Below, one piece after another: positions 27,926-41,196 of a stretch of 64,000 bases of DNA. This DNA comes from the human T2T-CHM13v2.0 reference genome, Homo sapiens. Position 1 is the stretch's first letter; each line of letters begins with the position of its first letter. The stretch lies in assembly GCF_009914755.1 (NCBI RefSeq), contig NC_060941.1; one strand, 5' to 3'. A program made the translations under genes and the position numbers. The notes under the pieces are model-generated. The model had not been told where the DNA came from. It did not search any database and saw nothing but the letters and a program-made list of their open reading frames with translations.

Positions 27926-28782
27926 TTATGAGTCCAGGTGTACAGCTCACTGAGGTCCCAGCTTTATTCAGGGCTATCCGGGATAACACTTACACCACCT
28001 AGAGCAATAATAAAGGATTTGCTTTGATTGGACTATTGGAGTGTGCCCAGACATTGTATTTTGGGTATTTACATATGTATCTTCATATCTTCTGTGTAAG
28101 CCCTATTTATTATCTCTTTAAACTGAGTTTTTAACAACGACTGTGAGATGGAACATTCAAGGTTATAAAGGTCATATATTCTGTCAAGAATTTGGGGAAC
28201 AAATATTCAGTATTGCTGAAATTTTTCTAATGCTGACCCCAATAGCCTTTTATGAAAATTAATGTTTTACCAGAACAGAACATGCGTCAGAAAATGCTTA
28301 GAGGAGCAAAGGCAAATAAAACAATCCTTCAGCACACTGGATTTCTGAACCACTGCCCCATTCTCACCATTATCCCAGGTAATTGGTAATTTATACTATT
28401 CTGGAGCACTGCAATGCCAAGAGAGTGAGAAGTGTGAATGTTTTTACCAATTTTAAAGTTATAACAATGAGATAGTGCTACATGGCCAACGGGAGCCTAA
28501 GTGTAAATGAACCACTGTGGTTTTATGCATTGAAAGTTACAACAAAGCTGCCCTGTTGACATTGTCTGAGTGTACCTTTCATTATCTAAGGGTGGTTAGT
28601 TGTACTTACCAGATTTTGTGAATGACTGTGCTTCCTTTCCATAGCCAGGATGTCCCAGTATGTCCTTTCCCTTGGTTCTAGCTCCATATCTGCTTTCCTC
28701 TGGCATTTCCAGCAGTCTAATTTCCCTAGCATTCATGCTGATTCTCTGAAAGAAACAAGGGTCCTCTTTCTGATTCCTTTAT

Positions 28783-28860
28783 AGCAGAGATTCTCAACCC
28801 CTAGTGCACATCAGAATCACCAGGGAAGCTTTGAAAAAGCCCTCCATCCAGGTTGCATTG
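28783..28860. mobile_element. MER5-type hAT-Charlie fragment
   Basis: cagagattctcaaccc...cacatcagaatcaccagggaagctttgaaaa. Confidence 0.6.
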
Positions 28861-30049
28861 ACCTCAGCCACTCTTGGATGGAACTTTCACAAGACAGAGG
28901 TACAGCAGAGACCAGGAGAGGACACCATGAACATGGGCCCCAGATCCCTGGAAAGAAGGGATAGTGAGGAGGGAGGCTGATGAAGGAGTGAAGGACCTGT
29001 GCTCTAGAAGGGAGGAATGTAATTCTGTAGCCATGGCTGCAAATATATGGCAACCCCCAGACACAAAGAACCCTGCTCTTTCACCCCTTTCTGCACATCC
29101 TGCCTCCAGCCATCAGACCAGTCTGGCCTCTGAAATCCATTAACACTAGACTTAAATGACTGCTGTCAGAGAAGGTCCAAAAGAGAAAGAGTGAGCAATG
29201 AGACAACAAACCCTTATAGAAAGGACTGAGGGTGGGGACAAAGGTAGCCATGGAAGGAATTCCTCCATTCTAAACCAGCCTTGACCATGGCCTTGCAACT
29301 CTTGGACGATTCCCTTTTATGCCAGCCCTGTGTTGATGGTGTTTTGGAGAAGATGGTACTGTTGGTTGTATCTCCACAGTCCTTGAACCAGGGGCCCTCA
29401 AATATACTGGAGGGAAGATTGGTGGCTTGGGATGCAGAGGGGATAGAGTCAGAAGTAAGTCTCAGCTTTTCTCAGATTCCTCCCTATTTTGAGGCATAGC
29501 GCAGGTCCCAACACCTAGGAGTAGGATTTATCCCTCTCTGCCAGCACAATCCCCTAACCACAGAGGTTTGCCCCCACAAAAGACAATCATTACTCTCTTT
29601 AGACTCAGGCAGTGTGGGAGGGATATTCCTTGTGAGAAACAGACTGGAAAAATGAAAATGAAAATACTGCATTTCCATCTTTTCCTTGGCCCCATAAAGA
29701 AGTCACAGTTAATGGCATACATTTAGAAGTGGTTATTTTTTAATGGAAATTTTATCTACATGTTACCCTATGAAAATGTGGCCTGTTTACAAAGCAAGAA
29801 GGTCAGTGTGGCAGTGTAACCCAATCATGCTTTGTAAATGAGTCAACTTTTCACTGGGCTATTATATATCGCACAGCATTTACACACGCTTGTTAAATGT
29901 TAGACATTCAAGACCATCAAGTTTAAAACGTTTGGGTACCGTGATTATATTTTATCATTACTTGTTAAGCATCCATAATCTAATATTAGGAATTTATGTA
30001 GGAACTGGAAAATTACCATGGAGAAAACTCATTAGAGATAGAAATTTGG

Positions 30050-30194
30050 GGCTGGGTGCAGTGGCTCATGCCTGTAATCTCAGCACTTTGGGAGGCCAAG
30101 GCAAGAGGATTGCTTGAGACCGGGAGTTCCAGACCAGCCTGGGCAACCTGGCAAAACTCTATATCTATTTTAATTTTAATAAATAAATAAAATA
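30050..30194 (+). mobile_element. FLAM / free left Alu monomer
   Basis: Left monomer only, with tail; flanking repeat tagagatag(a/t)aattt. Confidence 0.85.
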
Positions 30195-32786
30195 TAGAGA
30201 TAGTAATTTTGCCTGAAGAAAGAATGTATCATGAGCTGAACCCTGCCCCAAGAGTGGCCATTTCCACTCTGAATTCCTTCATTTTCTAGCAATGTACATC
30301 ACCAGTGCTAGAGTTAGTCTGAGAACAGCTGTGAAGGAGTTAGGAAAGATTAATGAAAACATTTTCAAAAACTCAAGTCAAGCCATTTTATTGGGAAATG
30401 GGAAAGTATTTATTTTAATCCCTTGTTTGTGAGCTTGGAAGGAAATAATTATTTGCAAATTGTGGAATAAGAACAATGTAATATTTCTTTCAGTCTCTCA
30501 AAACTCAGGCATTTTCCTCATGGCAGACAAAAGCCTATTCTTGTCTAGTTCTCTGTCCTCATAAAAGGAGGCTCCAGTGTGCGGGCTTTGCTTTTTCATG
30601 GTGGAGAATTATTTGGGGTTGTGAAACCTGGAGTAAAGAACAGAAGAAGAAGAGTCTCACATTTTGAAGGTGTAAGAATTGTAGGAAGTGAGGGGGCAGA
30701 AAATGAGACTGCTAGCTGACAGTTTTCTTTTTCTGAATGATAGCTTTAGGTCACATGCAATGATTAATTAAAATAAACATTTAAAATGTTAGAAAATAGT
30801 ATGTACCCCATATTAAGGACCAATTATGAAACAAGCCCTTTATCTATTATACACAAGAATATTTATAACAAATCTACAGAGTGGCTAATATCCTCCATTT
30901 TACAGATAGAAAATTAAGTTCACATATATAATTACCAGCCTAAGGCCATACATCTAGAAAGTGACTCATCTGGAATTCAAACCCAAGCCTAGCTCTCTTA
31001 CCAAATACTACTATCCCCTGATATTATCAAGAGTCACTAAAGGAAGTCAGGTGAGAATGGATCTTTATAATTATTTGTCTACCCATTCATTGATTCATTC
31101 ATATTAGTCCCAGATTGCCTAACAGCAACATCACAGGCTTTGTCAAGTCTTAGACCTATCACTCGCTATCCTGGTGACCTTAGTGAAGTCACTTAACTCA
31201 CTTAACTGTGGGTTATTGATTTAAAATAGCAATATTGTGATGGGACCAACTTCAAAGTGTTACAGTAGATTAGTGAAATGATCATTTGAAGTCCTTGGTT
31301 TGGTGCCTGGTATAGTAAGAACTCAATAGTTTTTATGTCAATGGTGGTGGTGATGACAATGATGATAATGCAGTGGTACTTGGAGTAGAGATGTCATTTC
31401 TCTACTAAGAAAAACCGACACTAGAGGGCTAAGTTAATGATCAGAGATCCTAGAATCCTGGAGCCCATAAGCATCTATAGGAGTCACTGTTCCTTGCCTT
31501 TGGCTGCAGATGGAACTGCAAACAATAGAGCCACATTAATGTGATGTGCTATGCATCTGGTTATTCACTGGCCCTTCAACATTAACAGTCTCTGTCTTGC
31601 TCATACATCTGGAAAAAGAGGGCAAATCTCACAGGCTCAGGCCCTGCAGACACCCAGATGATATGGTGGTGGGAGCATTTTCCAACATTCTCCACACCAA
31701 ACTTAGCTTCTCTCCCAGGACGGTGCCCTCTCAGAACCCTTGCCAGTTTACTCACAGTCACCGACCCTCCAGGCTACGGGGAAATGAGGACACGGGGCCT
31801 GTTCAAGGGACTCCCTCTCAGCAGCCTTCATCCAGGTGTTTAGCACAGTGGAAACAGACAGCCATAGTTTCCTTTGGACAATTCGAGAAATTATTATTAA
31901 AGGGTGTGACACCCTCGATCTAGAAAACAGGTTGCCATAGGTTTTCTCAAGCAGTATTTGGAGCTCCAGGAGAGGATTTTGGAACCAAAGGGGAAACATG
32001 TTGGTTTCTTACCTGGCGAAGTCCTCTTCCCTCTCTCTAACCCCTCCACCTTCTAAGAGCACGTTGTCAGCTGCTCGCTCTGTCCCTATTCAGATGCTGC
32101 CCTGGAAGCCTCACTGTCATTACTCCACTTAGAATATGAGAAAGATCTCGACACTAACACCAGCTTCTTCAGCAGATTGATGACGTGGCTGCTAACAGGC
32201 TCTTCTCTTGGAGGTTTTCAATTTCAGCCAGAGTAAGAAGAGCTGGATAAGGACTTACAAATTCAGTTCCTTCTTCTTTCCATGTTCACTTGCACATGAT
32301 GATTTTATTAAAGTGATATAGCATTTTTATTTGCCATGAAATCTTCATTCCACAATTTAAATGGGCTTCTGATGGCTTTACCTGTTAGGTGAACTTTTAG
32401 GAACTTTCATGACCCATGGTCTAAACTAGAAATGTTCGCCCTCTACTCTAGCTTAAAAATTGTATTTTAAAGACAGCACTAGGCTCTTCATGTGAAAATA
32501 AAGACAATATTGTAAAATGGTTGCTATGATGCTATTTTTTTCCTCTAAATTATGTCAATTTTGCTTTCACATTCCCATAAGGTGTGAGGGTTTGATGCTG
32601 GGTTCCACGTTGGGAAGATGGTGACAACACGCACTTTCTGCCACAGACCTGTGTGCACCTGGAGCCTGTTTACCACTGGGCAGAATTTGGAATAAGGGGC
32701 TGGTAGAGACGCAATACTTCAGGATACATACAAATTAACTGGCCCACAGCATCTAGTACTGGCATCTTTATTAATAAGATGGTAGA

Positions 32787-33400
<614 letters not shown>

Positions 33401-34064
33401 GTGGGAGATCATGTGAGATCCTGACTCTTCTATTTACAAACTCTGTAATATTGCTCAAAATTGCCATTTCCACATCTGAAAAAGGAGAGTAGCAGTGGCT
33501 GCTACGTTAGGACTGCTTTAAGGATTGGAAGAGATTAATGTATATGATATGCCAAATATCTGTATATAGGCATTTGGTTTTTGGTAAGTACTACTAGGGC
33601 AAAGTGGTGAAACTCCCTGACTTCAGGAGCCCAATTTTCTATGGATTGTCCCTGTTTTGTCACTTACTCTTAGACTTCTGTTTCCTCCTCCATAAAATGA
33701 AAAGGTTGGGGTAGGGAGGTGTTCCCAGTAGAATGACCATAAGCTACTATGAGATTCAGGAATGGGAAATAAAATGATAAAAAAGAGAGTGAAGTTCACT
33801 GGCATCTCGCATCACAGAGGATGGAGAAAAAGGAGACTAAAAATTTTCTAGTTTGCCAGTGAGCTTGATAATACTACTAGTTCAATGACTCCGTAGTTAA
33901 TGAAAACTGTATCTAATGTGTTTCCTGTTAATGCTTGTGGCAAATATATAAACAGTTTCAAGTAAATTCTCTTCTGTTTTCAGCATACAGTTTCTTTTTC
34001 AGTCCCATTCTACCAGGTATATATAGGATCCAAAAGAGTTGGTATCACTCCCCCACCCCACCTC

Positions 34065-34067
<3 letters not shown>

Positions 34068-34107
<40 letters not shown>
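34068..34107. repeat. (AC)20 microsatellite
   Basis: Read directly. Confidence 0.97.
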
Positions 34108-34113
<6 letters not shown>

Positions 34114-35559
34114 CAAATTACTAAAAGGAAGTAACATACTTGCACATGCAATTTAGCTGATTACATGCAATTATAAGCATACATCTGCCATCCAAGCAGA
34201 GAGCTGCACTGGGTTCCATGCAAGGATAGGCAAAAATAGATTTATCTAAACCATGGTGGCCTAAGAATTATCGTACCAAATTTAAACTTTTGGAGGATAT
34301 TCAGCTTTCCCAATGTGACTTCCTGTTTTGCAGAAAAGAGCTGGAAGAAATAATAATAAAAGAAAGCTCATATTCATTTCTGTTCACCAAGTGGCTTGTT
34401 CAAAACAACATTTTAATGATTTAAGTGTAAATGAATCAGAGGCATATGGATTAGATTTCCCTTAAAATGCACAAGATTTTTAAATGAGGGAGAGTGGAAT
34501 AAAGAATTTCCCCAAATTTAGTGCTCCTTGGAATTGCCTTTTCTAATGTTATTAAAAATCGGTGGTGGTGGTGGTGGGGCGGGGTAGGGGTGCTGATTCA
34601 CTTTGCACCGCCTTTGGCAAATAGGGGCGGGTGGGGACAAGGTTTCTAACATCTCCTTTAAAAGGAGGCCATACTTCTCCTTGGGCATCAACTAATTCAT
34701 CCCAACCAGCATTTTTGATGAGTTAAGTGCAAATGAATCAGTAACATACGGATTGCATTTGAAATACACATGGGGTTTAAAAATGAAGGAAAAAAGTACT
34801 CGGTAAAGTATGTCTGGGGTTTTGCCAAACCCATAATGTTCAAAAAAAATAGTTTGAAACAATTGATGAATCCCTCCCAGGCCCTGCCAGCCTCACCAGG
34901 CACAGTAGAAGCATGGCTGTTTGGGTGATCACTCCAGTTACCTCTCCTTTAAACAACACTAGGGAACAGCCAGGTCCAAACGATGTCACCTGCTTAGTGC
35001 CTGGGTGGCTTCCTAATTTTAATATGCACATTTTCTACATGAAAGAGGATTAATTCCCAAATGACAGAGAGAGTTAACTTACTCCTCTTTTGAGAGCATG
35101 CAAATACAGTAGACTGTTCAGCCATTTGTTCTCCTAGATAAACATACAAGGTAATTGAACAGAGATCGGAATCTGTCCCTAAATGGGTTCTGCATCTTGC
35201 ATTTGCTTTTTGGCTTCCTCATTTGGCACCTAAATTAAAAAGCAGTGACCTGGTGCTTAGCAGCCTGTGCAGAGTCCCACCCCTAAGCCAGTGGCACCCC
35301 ACTTGTCACCTGTACGGACCTTGTTATCTTCCTTTCCTCCCAGATACTATATTTTGAACAATATTGTCTACACACCAGATGCTGTTATTGAGAAATAATT
35401 TTCTCATTTTCTTATTAATCAAAAACTGCCATTGTTAGAAGACCAACATGAAACACATTGAGTTGCTAGCATTTGAGTTAACAGAAAGAAAATATGTGTT
35501 AGTTCCCCTTTGCAGTTGAACCTGGGTAGCTCTATAACTCCAGTGAGTGTTTCTGACAT

Positions 35560-36073
35560 TGTATTAGGGTTCTCTAGAGGGACAGGACTAATAGGATAAA
35601 TGTATATATGAAAGGGAGTTTATTAAGGAGTATTGTCTCACACAATCACAAGGTGAAGTCCCACAATAGGCCATCTGCAAGCTGAGGAGCAAGGAAGCCA
35701 GTCCAAGTCCCAAAACCTCAAAAGTAGGGAAGCCAACAGTGCAGCCTCCAGTCTGTGGTCAACTGTCTAAGAGTCCCAAAGCTGAAGAACTTGGAGTCCC
35801 ATGTTCAAGGGCAGGAAGCATCCAGCATGGGAGAAAGATAAAGGCTGGAAGACTCAGCCAGTCTAGTCCTTCCACGTTCTTCTGCCTGCTTTTATTGTAG
35901 CCATGCTGGCAGCTGATTAGATGGTGCCCACCCGGACTGAGAGTGGGTCTGCATCTCCCCGTCCACTGACTCAAATGTTAATCTCCTTTGGCAACACCCT
36001 CACAGACATACCCAGGAACAATACTTTGCATCCTTCAATCCAATCAAGTTGACACTCAATATTAACCATCACA
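35560..36073 (-). mobile_element. Complete MLT2A (MLT2A2-like) ERVL solo LTR
   Basis: tgtattagggttctctagagg...aatattaaccatcaca; perfect 5-bp TSD gacat at 35555-35559 and 36074-36078. Confidence 0.92.
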
Positions 36074-39000
36074 GACATGTTGGGAATATCTCATAGAGAA
36101 GACCATTTCTCCCTGCCCAGGTCCCCAAGGGCCATGATTCTAGATGGAGAATCATTAGCCTAAGGGATCTGAAAGGCATTTCAAGATCAACGTGGAGAGA
36201 TTTCCAGACCAGCTCCAGTGGAATTCTCTAGGTCCGAGCCCTCCAAGAATTCTGATATAATTTTAACAAATCTTTCCCAAATACTAGGCAGGTTGAAAGA
36301 CTTGGTAGCTCTGAGAATCATCTCAGAGAGAAGCTAGAGAGGATTGAAGGCTCTACGACCCTCTCCCCAACACAGAGTTTCTGATGCCTCAGGGCAGTCA
36401 CCAGCCTCTTCCTTCCATCTGGGGCATCCTGCTCCTCATTTGGAGTCTGAAGCCAGTTGGCCTGTTCCATTTAAGACTTCTGCAGTAACTTCAATGGTTT
36501 CAATCCGTCGCAGCCACCCAAACACCTATTTTATTTTCAAGAAAATTAAGTATATGTCGTCAAGGCTCGTTAAAGGGATTAAGAGAAATTTGATTTTATT
36601 GTTTCCCTGCTCTGTTTTTAAGGGTGAGATGGGGGAGGAGTGTTGGAGGGATTATTTGGAGATTTATATGGAAATTCAAAAGTTACCCATTTCAAGTCAA
36701 GACTTTCAGCAACCGTATTCCTGCATGTTTTTTTATCAGAGTAGGTGGGAAGGCAGTTTCTTTTGTAGCATTTGAAAATAAGTTTGCTCTATAAATTCCT
36801 ACGAAGCAGACATAGCTCTGGCAAATGCCTCGGGAGAACGATCATCTTGAGACAGCCATAGAAACAGTTTGACATTAATGAAAATGTGCAAATGAGATAA
36901 TAAATGAGGATGGAAGAACCATTTCAAAACAACCTGTGACCTTTTTTATTTTTTTCCTGCCATACCCCCTCACAGAGCAGTAACACAGCAAGATAGTTAG
37001 AGAGACGAGCCACAAAAGGAGTAACAACTACGGAAGAAAGAAGACTTTTCCCCCCTTTGTCTATGCCCTTTCCCATTGTCAAGCACCATTGTTAAGGTGC
37101 TTTTGTAACATTAAGCAGCTCTTGGAACTGAATTATGTCTGTGGCTTATGTACATTTGTGCTCGAATGACCAAACGTTAGCGGAAAGGTTGAGTCACAGA
37201 GGCACGAATATATGCTTAATTTTATTTCCGGAAAGCAATCAAACAAGGGCACTTAGGCCCTACAGTGGGGCCAACTCAGAAACAAGACGAACAAGTTCAC
37301 AGGCCATTGCTGACATAAGATCGATTGGCCATCCTGGGCCATTTAGCAAACAGTTTACATAGGCAGCCTGGGTACTGGATGTAAACTAAATGAAAGCTAT
37401 CGAGAGAATTCCCTATAAAGTGGACTTGATCTATATTAGGGAGCAGGCTAATTATAGGGATTGGCATATATGGATTCAAAGTGAAACACTATATGGGACT
37501 AGAGAGTGGTGGTCTTTTATACCAGGGTGGTCTGAAACTGGGGTTTAATGTATGTACAATATACAAACATTTTTGACAGACCATTAACACCTATAATCTT
37601 GTAAATATTTGCAATTTTCTAGATCATAAATATAGCTGCATAAGCAGTTCTTTCAGAACATCATTTATACACCATTAAAGGTTAATTTACAAGTTAGTAC
37701 CTTATAGAAAGAAGATATGTGGGCTTTCTGCTAACTTTCTGTAAAGGGAGACTGGTGTCTCCAAAAGCAATTTGTAGCTCTCCTGTGGGTCTGACTGGAG
37801 TCCTATTCAAAGCACTATTTGAATTCTTTTCATCAGCTCATGTTCACAGCAAACTTAATCTTCTGTTTTAGGGGGAAAGAATAACAGAGGGGAGAGAAAG
37901 ATCCGAGGTCTTCAGGCTATACTTCCAAGCATCCAACTGTTTATTTGAGCAGTCTCTTTTGATACCATTCTCATTTGTCATAGTCCCCCTGATACCTGCT
38001 GTTGTACCTTAACCTCCATCCCAAAGGACTTTCAACAGTTCTAGATTTAAAGACCCCTTCTAGGGGCCAAGTAACAATGGAAGTCTGACCTCTGAGGCTG
38101 CCATTGTGACATTACATTTTGTTAAAAATCAAAGAGAGCAAAGAAAGGAGGAGAGAAAGTGTTTTGTGTGAGACTCCCGTACCCCTCACTTTCCAGACAG
38201 GTAATACAGTACTGTAGTCCCACTGAAGATAACATAGAGACCCAAGTTCCTATAGGAGCTGTCCACCAATCAAGGTGACAGAAAGATGCCATGGAACTCT
38301 GGGAAAAGGATTGCTAAATGTTGGTCAAATCTGTGGAAAAGCCACAGAATAAAGTCAGGTGACCACAGTGGATTTGTGTTGTCTCTGAAGAGGCTGAGCT
38401 ATGTAACTTACTCATATGCTGGAGCCTCTTCTCCTCTGCAGAAGGATTCCATTGATCTCTTTGCCCTTTTTCTGAAATATGAACAGCCAGGTCTGCTGGC
38501 TACATGCCTGCCTGGGCTGACATGGGCATCTTTTGTGCATCACAAGCCTACTCTGCCTGTTAGACCTCCCAAACTTACAGGATTCTCGCTATTTTTCAGC
38601 AGCTCTGGTTTTCAAGAGCTCATTAAGACATCAGAAGGAAATTTCAAGTTTGCAGTCTACATACACTCTCTTTCCCTCCTTTTCTATTGATTTGGGAACA
38701 TTTCCCACACATATCTCATGTTCCCTGTGCTTTTCAGGCCCCTCAAAGTCAATGAGTTCTCAGGAATAACGAATAACAAGACAGCTCTTCCATACTCACA
38801 GCTCTTCAGCATAGTGAGCATAGAGCACTGACCTTGGGTTCTACAGGTTTGGATTCTAACCTTAGCTCTGCCACTTTCTGACCTTAGAAAAATGGCAGTC
38901 TACTTGGGCTTCAGTTTTCTCATTTGTAAATGACTACATTGGGCTGTTAACAATGACCTCAAAATTCCTTTCCATGATTCGTAGTCCATCTTATTTGGGA

Positions 39001-39334
39001 CCCAGGAAACTTATTAGTGCTATATTTTCCCTCTACAAATACTTTGGGGTCTTTTTTCTTTTTTTTGGCATAAACAGCATTACCCTTCCCCAGCCCTCTA
39101 GCTCAGGCCATATCCTCATCTACTTTTTCACATTTTTATGTGATAACCCCATCTAAATTATACCCACTCTGAAAAGTCCCTCTTGACTCTCTCTGCTCCA
39201 CACATCCCTTTCCATGCCAGTTTAATGTTATTTAAAAATAATAATAAATGTTGATATAGGCTCATGGGTTTTGTGGGAAGTAAAGAATCACAGGTATTCT
39301 GAGAACAATCTCAAGATTTGGGCAAACAGTGTTC

Positions 39335-39678
39335 TAGTAGTCCATTCTCATACTGCTCTAAAGATACTACCTGAGACTGGGTAATTTATAAACAAAAAGT
39401 TTAATTGACTCAGTTTCACAAGGCTGGAGAGGACTCAGGAAACTTACCATCATGGCAGAAGGCAAAGGGGAAGCAAGCACCTTCTTCACAAGGTATCAGG
39501 CGAGAAAGAGAGAAGAAGGGAACTGCCAAACACTTTTAAAACCATCAGTTCTCTTGAGAACACCATGGAGGAAACCATCCCCATGATCCAATCACTTCCC
39601 ACCAGGTCCCTCCCTTGACATGTGGGGATTACAATTTGAGATGAGATTTGAATGGGGACACAGAGCCAAACCATATCA
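39335..39678 (-). mobile_element. THE1D/MSTA-type MaLR solo LTR
   Basis: cctgagactgggtaatttata...ggggacacagagccaaaccatatca; flanks tgttc and tgtgc. Confidence 0.88.
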
Positions 39679-39777
39679 TGTGCAATGTTTAATAAAGTCA
39701 AAATTTTAGGCTGTGGTTAGAGATTTCGGGAGCCTGAAAAGGACTTTCACAGCATGGAAGCCAAGTATAGGACTGTA

Positions 39778-40095
39778 CAGCTGGCCTTCAGTATTCAAGA
39801 AGGATTGGTTCCAGGACCCCCATGGATACCAAAATCCATGGATGCTCAAATCCCTTATATAAAATGGCATAGTATTTGCATATAACATATACACATCCTC
39901 TTATTTACTTTAAATCATCTGTAGATTACTTATAATACCTAATACAATGCAAATGCTATATAAGTTGTTGTTATCCTGTATTGTTTTTATTTGTATTCTT
40001 TTTATTGTTTTACTGTCTTTTTGTTTTCAAGTATTTTCAGTCCTCAGTTGGTTGAATCCACAGATGCAGAACCTGTAGATATAAAGAGCTTACTC
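39778..40095. mobile_element. MER2 (Tigger-derived) DNA transposon
   Basis: TA|cagctggccttcagtatt...ggattggttccaggaccccc...gttgaatccacagatgcagaacc. Confidence 0.85.
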
Positions 40096-41196
40096 TATTG
40101 GCAAAGTAACCAGTCAAAGGGCATATTATCTGATAGGGGAGGCACACATGTAAAAAGGTCTCTGGAAGAGTATCTAGCTACTGGCTTTTCTCTGGGACAC
40201 CAGAGTAGATAACTTTTATAAGCTGTAAATGATAAAATTTGATTTTCTTGACATTTTTCAGTAGTGCTTGAATCATAAATAACACTGTTTATCTGGGCAT
40301 TGGAGATATCTTCCATTTGGAAATACAATCATTTGAACCCTGGGCTATTTATTGTCTCTTTAATTTCTTATTTGGGGCCTCAAAGGTAGGCCTCATTGCA
40401 CGAGCACTGTATATTCTGTGAGAATTTTACCTACCTTTGAATCTAATTCTGTGGCCTCCCAGACACATTGTTGTTGAATCATCATGAGTCTGTATGCTGC
40501 TTCAACCTGAGCCCTTCCATCCTGCCCGTCCATCTCCCTCCCTCTACTGTCAAAATCACTCTACCTACATACCTTTCATTCAAAACCCTATTCTCATCTT
40601 TCTCCACTAGCAATTAACTAAGGTGATAACCTACTCTGTGCACATTGGTGGTTTCCACTGGGTTAACTTGTTAAATGTCCCTCCTAGGAGTCCTTAAGCC
40701 TATCTATCCCTGTGTAAGTTGAGATCTTCTAAACAGTGTGTCAGGCTACATGACCTTAGTTTGCCAGTGTAGACATTCCTACAAGGAGCTATAATTGCAT
40801 AATGTCCTTGGTTTTTGTTGAATGTCAATAAATGAAACAGTCATATGAAGAATGTTTCTGCATCTTTTGTAAATTTGCTGTTAAAGACCGTGTAATTCAA
40901 TATCCCTTATATGAAGAACCATGTGACCAATTTTCCTTAGGATTCATCACTAAAAAAACAAAAATTATTTTTCCGTCTCAATTAATCATTTTGTTTGTGT
41001 TTAGTAGCTAACAGCCACAAAACTCAAGAGTGTTTAGAGGAGTGTTTTTGTTTTTGTTTTTGTTTTAATTTAGGAAAGGGATTCATCTCTCCTCTTTTCT
41101 GCCTTGGCTACCAAGAAGTTCAATGCCTAGTCTTCCACTCAGTTGTCATTGATCCTTATCCTAGTTTCTGAACTCATCCAGACTCTTCTTTTCTCC

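Noticed and set aside
37345-37555. Possible ancient Tigger-like terminus (...ggggtttaatgTA)
   Set aside because: I could not find a matching left terminal repeat or assign a family.
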